Shown: in pieces, positions 18,586 through 28,118 of the stretch
How the letters are laid out: each line of letters starts with the position of its first letter
Position numbering within the stretch: position 1 is the stretch's first letter
Source of the DNA: a virus
Length of the DNA stretch: 64,000 bases
Virus record (IMG/VR): IMGVR_UViG_3300034102_002265
Coordinates: 1 to 64,000 of that record
Direction: 5' to 3' (one strand)
The notes under the pieces: model-generated
Database searches by the model: none
What the model saw: only the letters and a program-made list of their open reading frames with translations
Told to the model about the DNA's origin: nothing
Program-made: the position numbers and the translations under genes

Positions 18586-20237
18586 TGGTAATCCCACATA
18601 AAGGATCTATCGCCATACTCATCAATATGCCAACGATCTCCATCCCCGTCTACAAAACTTTCTCCACCATCCAATCCATCAGAAATAAAACCAAAAGGAG
18701 CCATATCTTGTTCAATTTGATTTTTCTGTTCATCATATAATCTTTTACGAACATCATTGTCCGTCATTTCTTTAAAGTATGGTTGAGCAATTAACCATGC
18801 AAAAATTACCAGACACATTGCAAGGTCATCATTACAACCATCTTCAGCTTCGAAGGAATTTGACTTTTGAATAAATGTTGTGAGTTCACTGATAGTATCG
18901 TAATCCTTAATAATAAGTTTGTCACCTTCAATCAATGTCTTGAGATTCATGCATCCAATCTTTTTGACATTTTTAGACATCTTAACTCCCATCTGAGATT
19001 TCTTTCCAGAAAATCCCTGACCAACTAGTTGTCCTGCACGACCTCTCATGGTACACATGAGAACATTGTCATATTCCAAGTCCATGTGGAGAATCTGACC
19101 CACTTGTTCACCGATATCATTAACTTCTACAAGAATGTATGCTTTGTTATATGCAACTGCAAGATCTTTAATGATGCTGGGAAACAACATTGGTTTGATT
19201 TGGTTGTCCCTATATTTTGCTACAAGACGATATGGAAATGCTGTTGTATCACAAATGGTGAATGCAGAGTAATCTTTTTCCACACCACGAGCTACATCCA
19301 CTGTTAGAACATAATTGTGATCTTTCTGTGGTTCTTCAAAAATGTCCAAACCTGCGTTGGATTTAATTGGATCATCATATACTAAGGATCTGAGTTTTGA
19401 TGCAGATACAAGAGTATCAACAGATCCTAGGAATTCACATTCAAACTCAACCTTAAACTGTTGTTCGGATGTGTTTGCAATAGTCTGGGCTTTCCACTTA
19501 TCGTCCCTGCCAGGGACTTCTGACCAATGAACGTCCGTGGGTATATATTCATTCTTACCCCGTTCGGCGTCATGCCAAATGCGGTAGAAGTGGTTCATAC
19601 CCTTTGGGGTGGAAACAATCAGGACTTTTGTACTTTGACCTGACGAAATAGTAGGATAAACAGAGGCAAAGAATTCATCAGCAATGTGATTTGGGATGAA
19701 CGCGAATTCATCCAAAAAGATGACATTATATGATCCGCCTCGGACAGCAGATGCAGAAGTAGACGCTGCGATAATTTTGGAACCATTTTCTAGTTCTAAC
19801 GATCTTTTATTCCATGATACAATACCTTGTTGCATCCACTTTGGTAGTTTCTCATATGCAAATTGTAATCTACTGAGTAGATCTTGTGCAGTAGATGCTT
19901 TGTTGGCTAGAATAGCTATGTTGACATTATCATTAAAGACCGCATAATGTAACAAATATGAAACACAAGTTGTAGATTTGCCTGTCTGTCGAGGCATTCT
20001 ACAAATATTGAATCTATTCTCATGGAAATTAGTGATTAATTTCTCTTGGAAAGGATACATTTTAAAGGGTATCTCACCATAATCAAGAGAAACAATCTTG
20101 ATATAATTTTTAGCAAAATATACAGGATCATTCTTGCATTTAACAAATTCAAGAACTTGTTCCTGTGTAAATTCTACGGCTACATTAGCCTTCTTGAGGT
20201 TTGGGTTCCCCAAATAAACTTGATCAGACATAATCAT
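18582..20237 (-). CDS. gp17: Terminase large subunit gp17
   Basis: YLGNPNLK, Walker A PRQTGKS, Walker B FLDEFAF, STPKG, VDVARG, DDLAM. Confidence 0.97.
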   Translation of the reverse strand: MIMSDQVYLGNPNLKKANVAVEFTQEQVLEFVKCKNDPVYFAKNYIKIVSLDYGEIPFKMYPFQEKLITNFHENRFNICRMPRQTGKSTTCVSYLLHYAVFNDNVNIAILANKASTAQDLLSRLQFAYEKLPKWMQQGIVSWNKRSLELENGSKIIAASTSASAVRGGSYNVIFLDEFAFIPNHIADEFFASVYPTISSGQSTKVLIVSTPKGMNHFYRIWHDAERGKNEYIPTDVHWSEVPGRDDKWKAQTIANTSEQQFKVEFECEFLGSVDTLVSASKLRSLVYDDPIKSNAGLDIFEEPQKDHNYVLTVDVARGVEKDYSAFTICDTTAFPYRLVAKYRDNQIKPMLFPSIIKDLAVAYNKAYILVEVNDIGEQVGQILHMDLEYDNVLMCTMRGRAGQLVGQGFSGKKSQMGVKMSKNVKKIGCMNLKTLIEGDKLIIKDYDTISELTTFIQKSNSFEAEDGCNDDLAMCLVIFAWLIAQPYFKEMTDNDVRKRLYDEQKNQIEQDMAPFGFISDGLDGGESFVDGDGDRWHIDEYGDRSFMWDYQ

Positions 20238-20241
20238 AAAA

Positions 20242-20418
20242 TTATAATTTCGCTAAACTTGATACGATCTCTTGTTGTTTGAGATAAAGTTTAAAATAAG
20301 CTTTTGCAAACTCTATTGCTTCTTCTCTATCCAATTTATCTATAACCCTTGACTGTTGTTCATAAACTAACATCTTATTAATATCCGAAAGTTCAATATC
20401 AGAAGGGTCAATGTTCAT
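20242..20418 (-). CDS. 58-aa helical protein, NblA-like (putative phycobilisome degradation adaptor); below the ORF-track cutoff
   Basis: Manual translation MNIDPSDIELSDINKMLVYEQQSRVIDKLDREEAIEFAKAYFKLYLKQQEIVSSLAKL*. It fills the gap between the 549-aa ORF and gp17 exactly. The ORF is likely real; the NblA assignment is tentative. Confidence 0.6.
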   Translation of the reverse strand: MNIDPSDIELSDINKMLVYEQQSRVIDKLDREEAIEFAKAYFKLYLKQQEIVSSLAKL

Positions 20419-20419
20419 T

Positions 20420-22069
20420 TTACTTACCTTGAATAACTACAATTGGTTTAGATGGATCGGTAGGACTTGGATACCACTGCAGTATAACTGCGCCTGGGTA
20501 AAACTTTTCAATTTCCGTTTTTACTTCATCTTTAGAGGGTCTCTTCATATTTGGGAAGAAGAGTTGAAGATTCATCATTGGTCTACCTCTCCAAGAGAAA
20601 AGTATAGTATAAACATTACCAGTAGATTGTATCCGTTGATAATCCTCGTTTGTCAATTGTCCAGGTTGGATGACTGAATCTGCAAGAGGAAGTGAGGGTC
20701 CACTCAGTTTCCTGAGGGCAGCAGACTTTTCATTAGGATTATTAGTTCCTGTTGCAAGATTTCTAATCTTTGCTTGTTTCTGCGCCTGTTTATGTCCAGA
20801 ACCAATTTCAAAACTCATTCCTTCATTCGCAGGATGAACTTTTGCAATACTATATGGTTGTTCTGGTGATAATGATGCAGGAAGTGAGAACATTTTCCAA
20901 TATCCCTCACCATATCTACACTCCTTCATCGTCTCATTCTTTTTGCACTTAGGACAATATCTTTGAACTTCGCCCATTTCTTGAAGTTCAAAAGATTCTT
21001 TTTTAGTTTTATTACCCCAGTTCTTTGCGCCAACTTTACGACATTTAACCAGAGCACCCGATGCATATGCAGAAGGCCAAACCTTGTAACGGGATTTTAC
21101 CTTTGAATAACATGCATCTTTTTCTTCAGTCGCAACCATTTTAGCCTTACCCTTTCTGTCAGGATTTGGATCTTCTTGGTTCTTACGACGGAATGCACTT
21201 TCCTCTTCCTTATCGGAGAGGTCTGCCTTCATTTTACTTGAACCACACTTTGGTTTGGTTGTTTGTCCAGGTTGTTTTGCACAGGGTTTTCCTGCGTATT
21301 TACCACCCAATTGAACCCAACCAGGGGTGCCATCAGAAGAGCGACTCTTAGTAAACCAGTCACGCAAAGAATCATCACCACTCTTGTTCCCTTCATCAAT
21401 AGAATCCTCCTTCACGCAATTGGGAACTATCTTTTCACCCTTCTTTTTCATTCCAACTCGTTTGTACCCATCCCAACACTTTTCTGATACTGGTTGAGTA
21501 AAACTCTTAAACTTATAATCACTACCTTTAATAATATCAACAACATGTGCAAAAGTATTGCCATTTGCATCATGAATTTCTGTCCATTCTTCCTTCACTT
21601 TCTCCATCTTTTTGAGTTTAGAGTAGTAATTAGGAATCTCATCTAAATGTTGCAATGCAATATCCATTGCTTCATCATTATCTGTAGTATGTTCATGTTC
21701 AACTTTCATCCCCATCTCAAGTTGTTTTTGGATAGTTGATGGAGACACATTATGCTTTTTTGCGATTTCTTCTATCGACTTATGACCTTTGAATCCTTCT
21801 CTAACTTCTTTCTTTCTTTCCGTGTCATCTTCTCCATGAGAAAGATGATCAGATACAGTATCAAGATACTCTGCAGCTTTTGTGATCTTTGACTGTACCC
21901 ATGCCTCAAGATCTCCTTCACCTTTGAGTTTGGTCATTAATCTGGTGATAGCTGCTTGTGCAGTTTTAAGTTCTCCACGAGCCATGGAAAACTCAAAATC
22001 TTCACCAAGAGGTGCGATTGATTCTAGGTCTGCAAGAATAGACCATTCCTTAAAGGTAAGTTTATCCAT
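20420..22069 (-). CDS. Modular internal-head-protein-like polyprotein (contains a DUF5661-like segment)
   Basis: N-terminal MDKLTFKEW resembles the T4 capsid-targeting sequence. Basic modules are separated by xxE sites. Segment GMKVEHEH...IALQHLDEIPNYY. CTAAATA late promoter at 22094-22100. Confidence 0.7.
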   Translation of the reverse strand: MDKLTFKEWSILADLESIAPLGEDFEFSMARGELKTAQAAITRLMTKLKGEGDLEAWVQSKITKAAEYLDTVSDHLSHGEDDTERKKEVREGFKGHKSIEEIAKKHNVSPSTIQKQLEMGMKVEHEHTTDNDEAMDIALQHLDEIPNYYSKLKKMEKVKEEWTEIHDANGNTFAHVVDIIKGSDYKFKSFTQPVSEKCWDGYKRVGMKKKGEKIVPNCVKEDSIDEGNKSGDDSLRDWFTKSRSSDGTPGWVQLGGKYAGKPCAKQPGQTTKPKCGSSKMKADLSDKEEESAFRRKNQEDPNPDRKGKAKMVATEEKDACYSKVKSRYKVWPSAYASGALVKCRKVGAKNWGNKTKKESFELQEMGEVQRYCPKCKKNETMKECRYGEGYWKMFSLPASLSPEQPYSIAKVHPANEGMSFEIGSGHKQAQKQAKIRNLATGTNNPNEKSAALRKLSGPSLPLADSVIQPGQLTNEDYQRIQSTGNVYTILFSWRGRPMMNLQLFFPNMKRPSKDEVKTEIEKFYPGAVILQWYPSPTDPSKPIVVIQGK

Positions 22070-22092
22070 TTATCTTTATAAGTTTCCTATTT

Positions 22093-22524
22093 TTATTTAG
22101 ATGTATCTGGATTCATGGAACTCTTCAAGAACTTTTGGAGTTCTGCAGTGGATCCTAAGAATACTGCATTATTAGTGACATTAGTTGGTACAGATCCCTT
22201 TTGTTCTTGATTGATATCTTTCATCTTCTTTTGGAGATCAAGAAGTTTGTCGGTAACATCTCCAACGTTTTTGATAAGTTGACCAGCAACCTCATATGCT
22301 CTTGGGGAATCGGATTCTTGTGCAAGTTCTAAAATACCATTAATTGCTTCTTGGCCCTTTTCAATAATAGAATAGAGTTGTCCCCTAGAATACTCATAAT
22401 CTTTTTGAAGTTGATCTGCAGATCCTTCAATTTTTTTTATTTCTAAAGATGATGTCTTAACAATCTCTGATTTAATTTCTGTCGGTTCAATATCTAAAGC
22501 TTTATCAATATCTTCAAAGTTCAT
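22093..22524 (-). CDS. gp16: Terminase small subunit gp16
   Basis: DYEYSRGQL, SPRAYEVAGQLIK, FLGSTAELQK. Confidence 0.93.
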   Translation of the reverse strand: MNFEDIDKALDIEPTEIKSEIVKTSSLEIKKIEGSADQLQKDYEYSRGQLYSIIEKGQEAINGILELAQESDSPRAYEVAGQLIKNVGDVTDKLLDLQKKMKDINQEQKGSVPTNVTNNAVFLGSTAELQKFLKSSMNPDTSK

Positions 22525-23570
22525 ACATCAATTCCTTTCGTAGTGCTATAGACTTTACCATCTGCAAAATTGTAACGAGATTCACTAAATCCAAAATCAT
22601 CATCCAGATCAATTAACTCATCATCTGCACTATTAATAACATTAACTGCAGTTCCAGATGCATGAGTCATAACAGGAGTATTATCTTCGCCTCTATTCAC
22701 TAATAACGTATTTCCTGTAATCTTACGAATGAACATCGACTCTTCACCGAGCATAATATAAGATTTTTCAATTAACACAGATGCATCTACAACATTAAAT
22801 TGTGTAACCTCTTCAGAAATATCTTCAGAAATTTGAGTTATCTCATCATTATTATAATCTTGTAAGGCTCTAGGTTCTGCTACATATCTTAATTGTCTAG
22901 ATGCATTTACTTTATTGGTGTTGGTATGATAATCAACTTGAACTTGTTTAATTATGGCTTCATTAGGAGTACCAAGAGGTCCGAATAGATATGTCTTTGC
23001 AACAAAATCTAAAGTATAAACTAAAACTCTTCTCGTAGTAAAATCACCTTCATACTGATCATCCATTGCAATTCTTTCAAGAATCATTGGAATATCTCTT
23101 TTTTCTCCAATACTAGAAACTAAATCTACTGTAAGATTAAAATGAGGTTGAAAATATGGTAATATCTGTTCTACTACTTGCAATGCATCTTCATTCAATT
23201 TGGACATTATTGAGAGTCTAAAGTTTACATTATATGGAACTGGCATAAAAACTTTTGTCACTTCATTATTTGTCTTATCTAAAGCTTTAAAAGTTTGCAT
23301 CGTAGAAGATTTTCTACTAGCATCATATGATATTCCTGTCATTTCAAATGACATTCTTGGGAGAGTAATTGCAACTCTTTTCTTTAGATCAGGTACTTGT
23401 TCAATTCTCGCTAAAAACTTTTGAACAGGACCGTAAGCAATAGGTACAGTTAAGATACTGAAATCATCTCCAGCATTATCTTTATGTTTGATTTGAATAT
23501 CATTGAAAAGAGTACCGAAAGCCACAATGGTCTTTCTCAATATTTCGTGATAAAAATAATTTGAGATCAT
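22521..23570 (-). CDS. gp15: Tail sheath stabilizer/terminator gp15
   Basis: YFYHEILRKTIVAFGTLFN, VPIAYGP, LPRMSFE, QVVEQILPYFQP. Confidence 0.95.
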   Translation of the reverse strand: MISNYFYHEILRKTIVAFGTLFNDIQIKHKDNAGDDFSILTVPIAYGPVQKFLARIEQVPDLKKRVAITLPRMSFEMTGISYDASRKSSTMQTFKALDKTNNEVTKVFMPVPYNVNFRLSIMSKLNEDALQVVEQILPYFQPHFNLTVDLVSSIGEKRDIPMILERIAMDDQYEGDFTTRRVLVYTLDFVAKTYLFGPLGTPNEAIIKQVQVDYHTNTNKVNASRQLRYVAEPRALQDYNNDEITQISEDISEEVTQFNVVDASVLIEKSYIMLGEESMFIRKITGNTLLVNRGEDNTPVMTHASGTAVNVINSADDELIDLDDDFGFSESRYNFADGKVYSTTKGIDV

Positions 23571-23597
23571 TACAAGTAATTATGGAGTAATAATTAT

Positions 23598-25028
23598 TTA
23601 GTATTCACCAAACGGGTTCTTTTGACTGAAATCTACAATTTGATCTGCAGCTAATTCAATTTCAATATTTTCTGCATATGCATCTAAGAATTCATTAGTT
23701 TGTACAGTTGATACTTTATAACTTGCAGCTACACCAACTATAGATTCTCCTCTTGCAAAAGTTCCGTCAACAACAGAAAGTTTGAGAACTCTATTTACAT
23801 AATCCCAACTCTTAACATATCCAGTAGTGCCTGTTCTAGAGCCAGTGACCACTTCATTGTAGTCATAATCTCCAAATGTAGTTGCAGTAGGATCTGTGAA
23901 AGATATTGTTGGCGTAAATGTGTATCCAGCTCCAGCATTTGAGTACCGAACCGCAACAACTTCACCATTAGAATTTACCACAGCCTCGGCTTGTGCATTT
24001 CTGATATTAGAAGAAATACCTGTACTGGTAGGAATAAAGATTCTTTGAATTATCGCTTGAGGAGTTGTACTATATCCAACACCTCCAGAAGAAATTCCGA
24101 TAACTCCAAGAACTCTTGTATTGATTACAGCAGTAGCAATTCCACCGCTTCCACCACCTCCAGAAATGGTTACGATTGGGGGTTCTATGTAACCAAAACC
24201 AGGATTCGTGATAAGGATTCTGTCAATTGCAAGTTTTTGATTTGGGGACCTACTTGTCATAATTGCAACCGCAGTTGCTGTTAGACCACCAGATGGTGCA
24301 GTAGATATAGAAACTGTAGGAGGTAAAGAATATCCAAATCCATCATTAATAAGATCAATATACTGGACTGACTTGGAATTTGGATTAGTTGTTGCAAATC
24401 CAACAGTTGCTACAGCCGTAGTTGCTCCAGATCCAACCATTTGAATGGTGTATACGTTTCCAAGATCCTTAATGGATTCATTGATTTCTATTCCAGTAGG
24501 ATCAACTTCAGGAACATCAATAATCTCATCTTCATATTCAAATCTTTCACATCTTAGTTCATAGACATATAGATTATTAAGTTGATAGAAAGGTTTTTTG
24601 CCCTCAACATACTTAATTTCAAATAAAGATTCATCCAAAGGAAACCAAATCAAATCTCCTTCTTGTGGTCTATATGCAACTTTTCTTTCATCTTCTGGCC
24701 ATAATTTTAATAATGGTGATATAAAATCATCATATCTTTCCTTTGAAATTACTAGATTGATTTCATCATTACTTCTGACTCCAAATTTACTTAGTAAATC
24801 CCCATTTCCACTAAATCCTTCAAAATTCATTAAGTAGGCTTCAATACGAAAACTATCATCAAATTTTGACGCAGTAACTTCTTTAATAACTGTATTTTCC
24901 CCAATAATTCTTCTGGGCATGTATAGAACGTCTTGTCCATACATTTTAAGTTGTTCGTTAATTAGATCTTGAATGAGTCTTTGTTCACTCGGAGATCCCT
25001 GAAGAAAATAAGAATTTAGTGGTGACAT
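23598..25028 (-). CDS. gp14: Neck protein gp14 with an inserted GxGY beta-repeat domain
   Basis: EQLKMYGQDVLYMPR, PQEGDLIWFP, FEIKYVE, PFYQL, C-terminal DFSQKNPFG. Confidence 0.92.
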   Translation of the reverse strand: MSPLNSYFLQGSPSEQRLIQDLINEQLKMYGQDVLYMPRRIIGENTVIKEVTASKFDDSFRIEAYLMNFEGFSGNGDLLSKFGVRSNDEINLVISKERYDDFISPLLKLWPEDERKVAYRPQEGDLIWFPLDESLFEIKYVEGKKPFYQLNNLYVYELRCERFEYEDEIIDVPEVDPTGIEINESIKDLGNVYTIQMVGSGATTAVATVGFATTNPNSKSVQYIDLINDGFGYSLPPTVSISTAPSGGLTATAVAIMTSRSPNQKLAIDRILITNPGFGYIEPPIVTISGGGGSGGIATAVINTRVLGVIGISSGGVGYSTTPQAIIQRIFIPTSTGISSNIRNAQAEAVVNSNGEVVAVRYSNAGAGYTFTPTISFTDPTATTFGDYDYNEVVTGSRTGTTGYVKSWDYVNRVLKLSVVDGTFARGESIVGVAASYKVSTVQTNEFLDAYAENIEIELAADQIVDFSQKNPFGEY

Positions 25029-25029
25029 A

Positions 25030-25863
25030 TCAACCTATGAGATCAAGTGGTGGTAATTCGTATTCATCCTTAAGTTGTTGTTCCAACTTTTCTATTTCTG
25101 CAACTCCATCATCATAGATTTGTCTTCCATTCAATTGAACTCCACCTGGAAGTAAAACTCCATTGAATTTAATCATATTCTGTCCCCACTGCTTTTTGAT
25201 GAGAGCAGTAAGGTATTTTTTTAACCACCAATCATTATAAAGTTTTGGAGTATCTGATGGGTCTACGATTCGATAACAATCAATAATTACATATTCATTT
25301 TCACCAACTTGCTGCCAGTCTATATCTAAGTATAATTTATGATTTAATTTGTTAAAACGAATTTGTGCATTAGGATTTAAAAGAAAATCCAAATCTTCAA
25401 GATATCTTTTAACCATCGCATAATTAAGGAGGTCTAATGCACCATAATAATAAACATCATTTAAAAATATCTGATATTTAATATTGAAAAGTCCATCAGA
25501 GATGGTACTAGAATTTATTTTTAAGATATTATTTACACCAATAATTGAATCCGGTAATGGAAGATAGTTAACTCCCTCTACATAATTGAGAGAAGTTAAA
25601 CCAACTCCAACAACATCTGAAGAAGATGTTGTTGCGGAACCTACTGGTCCTGGTTGAGCTAATGTTGCTTTAGTTGCAGGAGTAAGTTTGTGTTTTAAAA
25701 ATACACGATCAATACCATCATAATGTCTTTCATGAAAATATTGAATAGCATCATCTACTAAATTATCGATTTGATCATCATCAACATTTATCTCTAATAC
25801 AGGTTTACCCAATTGACGAAGACAATATTCGATTAATTCCTTTCTGTTATTAGGTGATGCCAT
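25030..25863 (-). CDS. gp13: Neck protein gp13
   Basis: YCLRQLGKPVLEINVDDDQ, KKQWGQN, LPGGVQLNG; ATAAATA at 25899-25905. Confidence 0.95.
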   Translation of the reverse strand: MASPNNRKELIEYCLRQLGKPVLEINVDDDQIDNLVDDAIQYFHERHYDGIDRVFLKHKLTPATKATLAQPGPVGSATTSSSDVVGVGLTSLNYVEGVNYLPLPDSIIGVNNILKINSSTISDGLFNIKYQIFLNDVYYYGALDLLNYAMVKRYLEDLDFLLNPNAQIRFNKLNHKLYLDIDWQQVGENEYVIIDCYRIVDPSDTPKLYNDWWLKKYLTALIKKQWGQNMIKFNGVLLPGGVQLNGRQIYDDGVAEIEKLEQQLKDEYELPPLDLIG

Positions 25864-25934
25864 ACATATTAAATGATTTTATAATGGTAATATAAAAATA
25901 TTTATCTCTACAATTTTTTCTTTTTTTATTTAAC

Positions 25935-26729
25935 ATGATTATATTAACAGGATCACAAGGTTTCATTGGAAAAAACTTTCTTTCCACTATTAAAGAGCCT
26001 ATAATAGAAGTGGAAAAGGATAATGCTTTTCGTTTTATATCTGGGTTTAATCAATGGGATCAAGTATCCTTAATTTTACATCAAGGAGCAATATCTTCAA
26101 CGACTGAGAGAAACATTCAAACGTTACATCACAATAATGTTGTCTTTTCTTTGTTTCTTTTTGAAAAAGCAATAGAGCATGGAATATCAGTAAAATATGC
26201 TTCATCAGCATCAGTATATGGAAATCAAACAAAAAAATCAAAAGTCATAAATCCACTAAATTATTATGCAATAACTAAACTTCAAATTGATTATTTTGTC
26301 CAAGATAATATAGAAAAATTTTCGAGTATTCAGGGATTTAGGTACTTTAATGTTTATGGGCAAGGTGAAGATCATAAAGGTGATCAAGCAAGTCCAATCT
26401 CTAAATTCACAAAACAAATTCGTGAATCAGGAAAATTGAACCTCTTCAGAGGATCAGACAAATTTTTAAGAGACTTCATCTGTGTTGAAGATGTTGTTGA
26501 TGTTGTTTTAAATAATAGCCATCCATCAGGAATCTATGATTTGGGAACAGGAAACCCTATTAGTTTTCAAGAAGTTGCAGAATTAGTCTCAGAAAAAGAA
26601 AAAGGGGAAGTCGAATATATCGACTTCCCCGAACATCTTAAAGGTAAATATCAAGATTATACTTGTGCTGACATGAAATGGATTGGTGACTATAAGTTTA
26701 AAACAGTTAGAGAGTATCTCCTTCAATAA
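25935..26729 (+). CDS. hldD: ADP-L-glycero-D-manno-heptose 6-epimerase (HldD/RfaD/GmhD)
   Basis: TGSQGFIG (GxxGxxG), HQGAISSTTE, YASSASVYG, PLNYYAITK (YxxxK), FRYFNVYG..EDHKG, RDFI. Confidence 0.9.
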   Translation: MIILTGSQGFIGKNFLSTIKEPIIEVEKDNAFRFISGFNQWDQVSLILHQGAISSTTERNIQTLHHNNVVFSLFLFEKAIEHGISVKYASSASVYGNQTKKSKVINPLNYYAITKLQIDYFVQDNIEKFSSIQGFRYFNVYGQGEDHKGDQASPISKFTKQIRESGKLNLFRGSDKFLRDFICVEDVVDVVLNNSHPSGIYDLGTGNPISFQEVAELVSEKEKGEVEYIDFPEHLKGKYQDYTCADMKWIGDYKFKTVREYLLQ

Positions 26730-27066
26730 TACGAATACTATCACTATCGAAATGTTGAGTTGAGAATTCAAACAACTCAGTATCTTCTAAGGCATACATT
26801 CTATGTCTTAATCCAACAGGAACATGAAAGTTTTGACCCTTTTTAAGGGTCCTTTTTTGTGCCAAATTAATGTCATCATCATACCCATAAAAAAGAATCA
26901 ACATTCCAGACTGCACATAGAATGTCTCATCTTTTATGTTGTGATAATGCCAAGAACACTTTTTCCCTTTTACAAAATATAAAAGTTTTCCACAATATTG
27001 TTCATTGTTTACAATCCATTTTTCAAATCCCCATCCTTTGGGGACAAATTTAATTGAAGAAGTCAT
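26707..27066 (-). CDS. Cupin-fold sugar isomerase (mannose-6-P/D-lyxose isomerase-like)
   Basis: KGWGFE, SWHYHNIKDETF (HxH...E), PVGLRHR metal-binding motifs. Confidence 0.75.
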   Translation of the reverse strand: MTSSIKFVPKGWGFEKWIVNNEQYCGKLLYFVKGKKCSWHYHNIKDETFYVQSGMLILFYGYDDDINLAQKRTLKKGQNFHVPVGLRHRMYALEDTELFEFSTQHFDSDSIRIIEGDTL

Positions 27067-27379
27067 CTGCATTCACCGCTTTGTCATCAATGTACATATC
27101 CCCACTTGGTTTGCCCATGATTAATTCATGATACTTGCATCCCCAATCATCCAATTGTGTTTTTGTTAGATTATAAAAATCCGCATAAGCTAGATTTGAA
27201 TTATCAAGATGTCTTCCCATACCACGAGCAGTAAAGTACTTGATAATATGTCCTTCCTCGTAAAGACGATTGATGGTATCAATACGGTCTAACTTTGGAA
27301 TACTATTATGATAGTAACCATCTTCTCTGCAAATGGGTTTATCACAAATTGTTCCGTCGATATCAATTACATAATTCAT
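27050..27379 (-). CDS. HAD-superfamily phosphatase (capless, capsule-biosynthesis phosphatase type)
   Basis: DIDGT, FTARG, GKP, YIDDK motifs I-IV. Confidence 0.85.
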   Translation of the reverse strand: MNYVIDIDGTICDKPICREDGYYHNSIPKLDRIDTINRLYEEGHIIKYFTARGMGRHLDNSNLAYADFYNLTKTQLDDWGCKYHELIMGKPSGDMYIDDKAVNADDFFN

Positions 27380-28118
27380 TCACATCTTCCTTTGATAATA
27401 CGTAAGTTCCTGGATATGATACAGCAATTGCGGCCGCCCTATTAGCAATGGGTATTGCTTCCTCTATTCTACCACAATTCAAATATCCGAACACAAGGGC
27501 AGATAAGAAAGTGTCCCCAGCTCCAACAACATCATAAACATTTACTTTTTCTCCCGGATATACTACTCCATTGTATTCAGCACCTTTTGATCCATGAGTG
27601 ATAATGACATTGGAGTTTTTTTCTTCTAACTTTTCATATTCATGTTCATTGATCTTGACATAACAATTGTATGAAGGAAGAATCTTCTTTTTACTGTCAA
27701 TAAATGTGGGACATTTCATGTTATAAACAATCTCAAATAATTTTGAACTCGTTATAAATCCCTTGTCATAATCACTAATTACGACCGCATCATATGGTTC
27801 ATTTGGAATTTCATATTCCATTGGTTTACAAACAACTTCTTCGTCAACTCTAAGAATTTGTTGATTTGTCCTTTCATCAATATAACGTGTCTTAATAATT
27901 TTTTCTTGATTTGTCATCATATAAACTTCAAGACCTAATGCTTTAAGATTGTTATAGACATTCCATGCCATCCCTTGTCTTGTTTCGGTTTTCTTGTAGT
28001 TTAAGATTGGAACAGGTGCTTCTGGATTCAATCGTTTAACTTCTCCATAAACATATTTGTCTATGCAACTATCTCCGATCAATAATACTTTGAATGATTT
28101 TTGTTGAGGAGTATTCAT
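27363..28118 (-). CDS. hldA: D-glycero-D-manno-heptose-7-phosphate kinase (HldE/RfaE domain I, PfkB family)
   Basis: IGDSCIDKYVYG, RLNPEAPVP, SDYDKG, DVVGAGDT. Confidence 0.88.
   Translation of the reverse strand: MNTPQQKSFKVLLIGDSCIDKYVYGEVKRLNPEAPVPILNYKKTETRQGMAWNVYNNLKALGLEVYMMTNQEKIIKTRYIDERTNQQILRVDEEVVCKPMEYEIPNEPYDAVVISDYDKGFITSSKLFEIVYNMKCPTFIDSKKKILPSYNCYVKINEHEYEKLEEKNSNVIITHGSKGAEYNGVVYPGEKVNVYDVVGAGDTFLSALVFGYLNCGRIEEAIPIANRAAAIAVSYPGTYVLSKEDVNELCN

Noticed and set aside
3026-20237. Introns or inteins in gp46, uvsW, gp20 or gp17
   Set aside because: The ORFs are continuous and of ordinary length, with no intein or homing-endonuclease motifs seen
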